A stretch of DNA of 64,000 nt, taken from the NCBI GenBank assembly GCA_964580205.1, contig CAZOJZ010000458.1, positions 3,298-67,297 on the forward strand, in the 5' to 3' direction. Both the position numbers and the translations under genes were made by a program. Under the pieces are notes generated by a model. It was not told the origin of the DNA. It saw only the letters and a list, made by a program, of their open reading frames with translations, and ran no database searches. This document shows positions 58,908 to 64,000 of the stretch, in pieces; position 1 is the first letter of the stretch, and every line of letters begins with the position of its first letter. The stretch is from an uncultured Roseivirgaceae bacterium. Lineage in GTDB: Bacteria > Bacteroidota > Bacteroidia > Cytophagales > Cyclobacteriaceae.

Positions 58908-61127
58908 CTAGTTTGCGTATTCGGAAAGGAATTTGATTCGCATCAGCCGCAACTCTTCTTCGGAAAAATCCTCATCTTCTAATTCGTTCAAGGCTTCGGT
59001 GATACTATCAGACTCTGCATTTAGGAAATAGTCATACAAATCATCCTGCCGGTCATGGTCCATTATCTGTTCCACATAATAGTCAAGGTTCAACTTGGTA
59101 CCTGAGTAACAGATCTGCTCTATCTCTCCCAGGAGTTCTTCCATTTTCATATTCTTAGATTCTGCAATTTCTTCCAGGTCCACTTTGCTATCAATTTGCT
59201 GAATAATGTGTATTTTGATTTTGGACTTATTAACAGCGGATTTGATTACCACATCCGAAGCGGTGGTTATGTCGTTTTCTATCACATATTGTTTAATAGT
59301 CTCGATAAACGGCTGTCCGAACTTTGTCACTTTACCTCTGCCAACTCCATTTATCTGGGACAACTCTTCCTTGTTAGTAGGGTATATTATCGCCATTTCC
59401 TCAAGAGAAGGGTCCTGAAATATCACGTAAGGTGGGAAACCTTTCTGTCTGGCAATTTTCTTTCTTAGCCCCTTCAATAACTCAAAGAGCGATACGTCAT
59501 AGGATCTACGGGTGATTGCTTCGTCTGTAATGCTGGGTTCTTCCTCCTTACCGTAATCATGGTCTTTGCTTAGCTCAACTGAGTGGGGTTCTTCTAAAAA
59601 CAAACGTCCTTTAGCGGTCAACTTTAAAGTCCCCACATGTTCAATATCCTTCGAAAGAAATCCCAGCAGCATAGACTGGCGGATAATAGAACTCCACATT
59701 TCCTGACCTTCGCTCTTTCCAGAGCCAAATACAGTAAGCTCGTAATGACGGTAGCTTTGTACGTACTGACTATTCACTCCAGTGATCACATCTGTCAAAT
59801 GTTTCAGCCCAAATCGCTCATTGGTTTGACTTGCGGTCTTCAACCCTGTTAGTACATAATCCTTTCCCTCGTATTTTTCCTTGGGGTACCGGCAATTGTC
59901 GCACCATTTGGTTTCAGAACAGGCGTTTCCCTGGTATATTTCTCCAAAATAATGCAATAATTGCTTTCTTCTGCATACCGCCGATTCTGAATATGATGCC
60001 ATTTCTTCCAAGAGAGTCTTGGCATTCTCTCTTTCAGTAACCGGCTTGTCTTTGTTGAATTTATCCAGTTTGATTATATCATGATAACTGTAGAACATTA
60101 GACAATTACCTTCCAAACCATCTCTACCGGCCCGACCTGTTTCCTGGTAATAACCCTCCAGTGATTTAGGAGTATCGTAATGAACCACAAACCGCACGTC
60201 AGGTTTGTCAATGCCCATTCCAAAGGCAATGGTGGCTACGATTACATCTATTTCTTCGTTATGAAAATCATCCTGGTTTTTTACCCGGATACTACCGTCC
60301 AGCCCAGCGTGATAAGGAGCAGCTTTTATATCATTAACTTGTAAAAACTCGGCTATTTCCTGAACAGTTTTGCGGGATAGGCAGTAAACAATACCCGATT
60401 TGCCATGATGAGCTTTTACAAACTTGATTAATTGTTTTTTAATGTCCTTTTTTGAGCGGATCTCGTAATAGAGATTCTCACGATTAAACGAGGACTTGAA
60501 CACGTCGGCCTCTTCCATTTGCAGGTTTCGCTGTATGTCCAATTTTACTTTAGGAGTAGCAGTGGCGGTCAGGGCAATTATTGGCAAATGACCCAGTTGT
60601 TCTAAAATGAACTTTATCTTTCTATATTCAGGACGGAAATCATGGCCCCATTCAGAAATGCAATGGGCTTCGTCAATAGCAGCAAAAATCAGGTTTGACC
60701 GCCTCAAAAAACTAATATTTTCAGGTTTTGTAAGTGACTCCGGCGCTACGTACAATAATTTTACCTTTCCCTCAAGTGTTTCTTGTTTTACCCGGTTGAT
60801 CTCAGATTTGCTTAAACTTGAGTTGAGAAACTGAGCATTTACTCCCAGTGCATTGAGTTGGTCCACCTGGTTTTTCATTAGTGCGATCAGAGGAGAGATC
60901 ACAATCGCCGTTCCTCCCAACAATACAGCTGGCAATTGATAGCATAATGATTTACCAGCTCCTGTAGGCATGATCACAAAAGTGTTCTTACCTTTAAGAA
61001 TATTCTTTATAATAGCTTCCTGATTACCCCTGAATTGACCGTAACCAAATACTTCTTTTAACGTATCTTTAAGTTGGTCTTTTTTAAGTTGGTCTTTTTG
61101 TTCAATCAACATAGGCTGGGACCCCAT
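58908..61127 (-). CDS. recQ: ATP-dependent DNA helicase RecQ
   Basis: RecQ motifs are present: FGYGQFRGNQEAII, MPTGAGKSLCYQ, DEAHCISEWGHDFRP, and a Zn-binding Cys cluster (CRRKQLLHYFGE...CDNC). RQC and HRDC regions follow. The start is ambiguous between ATG 61127, ATG 61112 and TTG 61157. Confidence 0.9.
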   Translation of the reverse strand: MGSQPMLIEQKDQLKKDQLKDTLKEVFGYGQFRGNQEAIIKNILKGKNTFVIMPTGAGKSLCYQLPAVLLGGTAIVISPLIALMKNQVDQLNALGVNAQFLNSSLSKSEINRVKQETLEGKVKLLYVAPESLTKPENISFLRRSNLIFAAIDEAHCISEWGHDFRPEYRKIKFILEQLGHLPIIALTATATPKVKLDIQRNLQMEEADVFKSSFNRENLYYEIRSKKDIKKQLIKFVKAHHGKSGIVYCLSRKTVQEIAEFLQVNDIKAAPYHAGLDGSIRVKNQDDFHNEEIDVIVATIAFGMGIDKPDVRFVVHYDTPKSLEGYYQETGRAGRDGLEGNCLMFYSYHDIIKLDKFNKDKPVTERENAKTLLEEMASYSESAVCRRKQLLHYFGEIYQGNACSETKWCDNCRYPKEKYEGKDYVLTGLKTASQTNERFGLKHLTDVITGVNSQYVQSYRHYELTVFGSGKSEGQEMWSSIIRQSMLLGFLSKDIEHVGTLKLTAKGRLFLEEPHSVELSKDHDYGKEEEPSITDEAITRRSYDVSLFELLKGLRKKIARQKGFPPYVIFQDPSLEEMAIIYPTNKEELSQINGVGRGKVTKFGQPFIETIKQYVIENDITTASDVVIKSAVNKSKIKIHIIQQIDSKVDLEEIAESKNMKMEELLGEIEQICYSGTKLNLDYYVEQIMDHDRQDDLYDYFLNAESDSITEALNELEDEDFSEEELRLMRIKFLSEYAN

Positions 61128-61144
61128 AGATTCGGTAATTTGAT

Positions 61145-61152
61145 TATCTTTG
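61145..61152 (+). promoter_or_regulatory. Candidate -7 box for kpsF-manC (TATCTTTG)
   Basis: It matches TAnnTTTG 29 nt upstream of the start at 61181. It argues against the longest recQ start. Confidence 0.35.
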
Positions 61153-61180
61153 TGCAATTTATTTTACGGGCATCTCAATA

Positions 61181-62149
61181 TTGAATTTACTAAAAAATAT
61201 CCGAGAAACAGCTAAAAAAGTACTTATTAATGAAGCCCAGGCCATTGATAAGGTTAGCGGATATATTGACCAGGGTTTTGTTTCTTCCGTGGAAGCAATT
61301 CTGCAATGCAAAGGACGTGTGGTGGTCTCAGGTATAGGCAAAAGCGCCATCATTGCCAATAAAATCACTGCGACATTAAATTCTACCGGCACCCAGGCTA
61401 TCTTTATGCACGCCGCGGATGCAATTCATGGTGACCTTGGAATGATCAGGAGAGAGGACGTGGTAATGGTGCTGTCAAAAAGTGGCAATACTCCTGAGAT
61501 AAAAGTTCTGGTACCTCTGGTTAAGCGCACTGGATGTCAACTTATTGCTATGGTAAGCAACCTGGAATCAGAACTGGCACTTCAGGCAGACCACGTGATA
61601 AATGCTACCATAAACGAGGAGGCTTGCCCTCATAATTTGGCCCCTACTACCAGTACTACGGTACACCTGGCACTTGGTGATGCGCTGGCTGTTTGTTTAT
61701 TGGAGGCCCGAGGGTTCAGCAGCAGTGATTTTGCGCAATTCCACCCAGGTGGTTCGCTGGGCAAGCAGCTGTATTTAAAGGTATCTGACATTTATCCCAA
61801 TAATGATTGTCCGGTGGTTCTGATAGATGCATCAATCGAAGAAATCATCCTGGAAATGACTACCAAACGCCTGGGTGCTACCGCTGTGGTGAATGAATGG
61901 CAAAAATTGAAAGGGATTATTACGGATGGGGATTTAAGAAGAATGCTTAAATCAAACGATACTCCAGGGAGTGTAACTGCTGAAGCCATTATGTCGGGCA
62001 ATCCACAAACTGTAGATAAAGAGTGTTTTGCGGTGCAAGCTTTGGCTACTATGCAGGAGTTTAACATTACTCAATTAATTGTAACCGAGGAAGACCGGGT
62101 GTTGGGGTTTGTTCATTTACATGATTTGTTAAAAGAGGGAATTATATGA
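61181..62149 (+). CDS. kpsF: KpsF/GutQ family arabinose-5-phosphate isomerase (SIS + tandem CBS)
   Basis: The SIS domain is present (VVVSGIGKSAIIANKITATLNSTGTQA...SKSGNT) followed by a C-terminal CBS pair. The start is TTG. The stop overlaps the next start (ATGA). Confidence 0.85.
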   Translation: MNLLKNIRETAKKVLINEAQAIDKVSGYIDQGFVSSVEAILQCKGRVVVSGIGKSAIIANKITATLNSTGTQAIFMHAADAIHGDLGMIRREDVVMVLSKSGNTPEIKVLVPLVKRTGCQLIAMVSNLESELALQADHVINATINEEACPHNLAPTTSTTVHLALGDALAVCLLEARGFSSSDFAQFHPGGSLGKQLYLKVSDIYPNNDCPVVLIDASIEEIILEMTTKRLGATAVVNEWQKLKGIITDGDLRRMLKSNDTPGSVTAEAIMSGNPQTVDKECFAVQALATMQEFNITQLIVTEEDRVLGFVHLHDLLKEGII

Positions 62150-63225
62150 TTAATCAGGACACCTATGTGGTAATCATGGCCGGTGGCGTGGGAAGCCGTT
62201 TTTGGCCCTATAGCCGTAACTATCGCCCCAAGCAATTTTTAGACGTGTTGGATACTGGATATTCCTTAATTCAATTAACCAATAATCGATTCAAGAACAT
62301 TTGTCCACAAGAAAATGTGTATGTAGTAACTAATGATTCTTACGTGGATTTGGTAAAAGAACATTTGCCGGATTTAAGTGATCATCAGATATTGTCTGAG
62401 CCTGTGGGAAAGAATACCGCACCATGTATTGCCTATGCCAGTTATAAGATTGCTGCCAGGAACAAAAATGCTAATATTATAGTTACGCCTTCCGATCATA
62501 CGGTTTTTAAAGAAAGGGAATTCGAAGAGGTAATTTCAACCGCGGTTGCATCGGCGGCTACCTCTGACCGAATTATCACCATTGGTATCAAACCCAATAA
62601 ACCAGAGACAGGCTACGGATATATTCAATTTCTTCCAGACTCAGATGATCATGTGAAGAAAGTGAAAACATTTACAGAAAAACCTGATCTGGAACTAGCG
62701 AAGAAATTTATAGAAAGTGGAGACTTTGTTTGGAATGCCGGAATTTTTATCTGGAATGTAAATACCATTCAATCAGCATTCGAAAAGTTTTTGCCGGATA
62801 TAGCGGAGTTATTTGCTCAGGGAGAATCCTATTTCTTTTCTCCCCAAGAGCCCACTTTTATCAAGGAAGTCTACTATCAATGTAAGAATATTTCCATTGA
62901 TTATGCGGTCATGGAAAAAGCATCTAATGTATATGTAGTCCGGGCAGACTTTGGGTGGTCTGATATTGGCTCATGGGCAACTTTACATGATATGAAGAAA
63001 AAGGACGAGCATAACAATGTTTTTGAGGCCACCGTCCTTGCTTACGACACCAAGAACTGTATTGTAAAGGGACCCAAGGATAAGTTAATTATTGTTCAGG
63101 GACTGGATGGTTATTTGGTAGCGGATATTGATAATGTACTGGTCATTTGTGAAAAAAACAATGAGCAGCAATTCAGAAATTTCTCCGCTGATATTAAGGC
63201 GAAAAAAATGCTTCTATACCTATAA
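62146..63225 (+). CDS. Mannose-1-phosphate guanylyltransferase
   Basis: The nucleotidyltransferase N-terminus reads VIMAGGVGSRFWPYSR...PKQF. The mid-region has EKP and the C-terminal region has GWSDIGSW. Length is 359 aa. Confidence 0.8.
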   Translation: MINQDTYVVIMAGGVGSRFWPYSRNYRPKQFLDVLDTGYSLIQLTNNRFKNICPQENVYVVTNDSYVDLVKEHLPDLSDHQILSEPVGKNTAPCIAYASYKIAARNKNANIIVTPSDHTVFKEREFEEVISTAVASAATSDRIITIGIKPNKPETGYGYIQFLPDSDDHVKKVKTFTEKPDLELAKKFIESGDFVWNAGIFIWNVNTIQSAFEKFLPDIAELFAQGESYFFSPQEPTFIKEVYYQCKNISIDYAVMEKASNVYVVRADFGWSDIGSWATLHDMKKKDEHNNVFEATVLAYDTKNCIVKGPKDKLIIVQGLDGYLVADIDNVLVICEKNNEQQFRNFSADIKAKKMLLYL

Positions 63226-63975
63226 TTCTGACCTTTGCCGAACACACTCAAATAGTACTAAGCCGGTTGCTACAGACACATTCAAAGAAGGAATTTTCCC
63301 AGCCATGGGAATTTTAACATGAAGATCACAGCTGGCCAACAATTCAATTCCAATACCATTCTGTTCAGAACCCATTAGTATTGCGGTGGGTCCGGTCAAA
63401 TCCACCGAGTACATCAATTTGCTGGCTTTTTCTGAACAGGCCACAACTTGTAAGCCACTGTTTTGAAGTTCTTTTATGCAGGATTTTAAGTTATTTACCC
63501 GGCAAACCGGCAGGTAGTTTAAGACCCCTGCTGAAGTTTTGATGGCGTCCTCTGTAACCTGGGCATGACCAATTAAAGGTACCACCAGAGCATCGGCGCC
63601 TGCTGCATCCGCAGTCCGGGCGATAGCTCCAAAGTTCCTTACGTCGGTTATACGGTCAAGTATTGCGATTAATGGAGCCCGTCCTTCCATGAAGGCTTGA
63701 GATATTACGTGATCTAAAGAGCTGTAGCTAATGGCCGAAAGCAGGCAAATGACGCCTTGATGATTCTTTCTGGTATAGTGATGAAGCTTCTGAACGGGCA
63801 CTCTTTGTATGGGTATCCGGTGGTCCCTGGCCAAACGCAACAACTCTTGAATCAAAGGATTTCTCAGGTTCTTAAGCACAAGGATCTTGTCAATCTCCCG
63901 GCCCGAATTTATACCCTCCATGACTGCACGGGTACCATACAGGAAAGTTTTCTCGGAAGTTTTTTGAAGTGCCAT
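63220..63975 (-). CDS. rlmB: SpoU/TrmH-family RNA 2'-O-methyltransferase, RlmB-like
   Basis: An N-terminal L30e-like substrate-binding region precedes SpoU motifs (ILDRITDVRNFGAIARTA, ILMGSEQNGI, IPMAGKIPSLNVSVATG). It overlaps the upstream gene convergently by 6 nt. Confidence 0.75.
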   Translation of the reverse strand: MALQKTSEKTFLYGTRAVMEGINSGREIDKILVLKNLRNPLIQELLRLARDHRIPIQRVPVQKLHHYTRKNHQGVICLLSAISYSSLDHVISQAFMEGRAPLIAILDRITDVRNFGAIARTADAAGADALVVPLIGHAQVTEDAIKTSAGVLNYLPVCRVNNLKSCIKELQNSGLQVVACSEKASKLMYSVDLTGPTAILMGSEQNGIGIELLASCDLHVKIPMAGKIPSLNVSVATGLVLFECVRQRSEL

Positions 63976-64000
63976 GGCTATTTAGTTTGCCCCTCCCTCC

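Noticed and set aside
61068-61100. A 15-bp direct duplication (AAGTTGGTCTTTTT twice) near the recQ 5' end.
   Set aside because: It simply encodes KDQLK-KDQLK in a poorly conserved N-terminal extension. If recQ starts at 61112 or 61127 it is still coding and in frame. It has no evident functional implication.
63220-63225. A 6-nt convergent overlap of the manC-like and rlmB-like stop regions. A near-palindrome TAACCGGGTTAA also joins the floA and WG-repeat gene stops at about 45306-45317.
   Set aside because: These are compact-genome gene-end overlaps. No hairpin of terminator quality is present.
1-64000. Searched by eye for a defence island, prophage, integrative element, toxin-antitoxin pair, tRNA, rRNA or riboswitch.
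   Set aside because: I recognised no integrase, transposase, recombinase, restriction-modification, cas, abortive-infection or phage structural signatures. Intergenic gaps are too short, or lack the conserved cores, for tRNA, rRNA or the riboswitches I know. Gene content and synteny look like core chromosome.

Overview
This window looks like a core-chromosome segment of a gliding Bacteroidota genome (Cytophagia/Flavobacteriia-like gene content and synteny). It holds about 45 tightly packed CDSs, many with 4-14 nt overlaps. I found no rRNA, tRNA, CRISPR array, transposase, integrase, phage or toxin-antitoxin genes.

Recognisable content:
- Type IX secretion and gliding: porU, sprA, gldH.
- Housekeeping: gcvH, ruvA, maeB, gatA, tatA, tdh-kbl, folP-cdaA, aroK, proS, hemA, purD, recQ, kpsF, manC, rlmB.
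- Envelope: TonB, LysM lytic transglycosylase, M23 peptidase, TPR/DUF4292 module, Wzx-like flippase, NfeD-FloA.
- One orphan TPR histidine kinase.

I see no convincing defence island or mobile element, so no novel system is demonstrated here. The features least explained by ordinary annotation are:
1. A 179-bp GC-rich array of heptamers with 21-bp periodicity that fills the divergent tdh/kbl promoter region.
2. A 178-bp imperfect palindromic intergenic element with a second partial copy 4 kb away. Both copies sit between convergent genes.
3. A 28-bp four-heptamer AT-rich element present twice.
4. A two-gene operon: a FadL-fold-like outer-membrane barrel plus a 501-aa lipoprotein made of a Tyr/Gly-rich block and a long Ser/Arg-rich tail.
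5. A 1334-aa SF1 helicase with a C-terminal nuclease-like module, placed behind a membrane-anchored triple ComEA-like HhH protein.
6. A 1086-aa fusion of a TolB-like propeller and an Omp85-like barrel.

All functional calls rest on motif and family recognition by eye. No database search was run.
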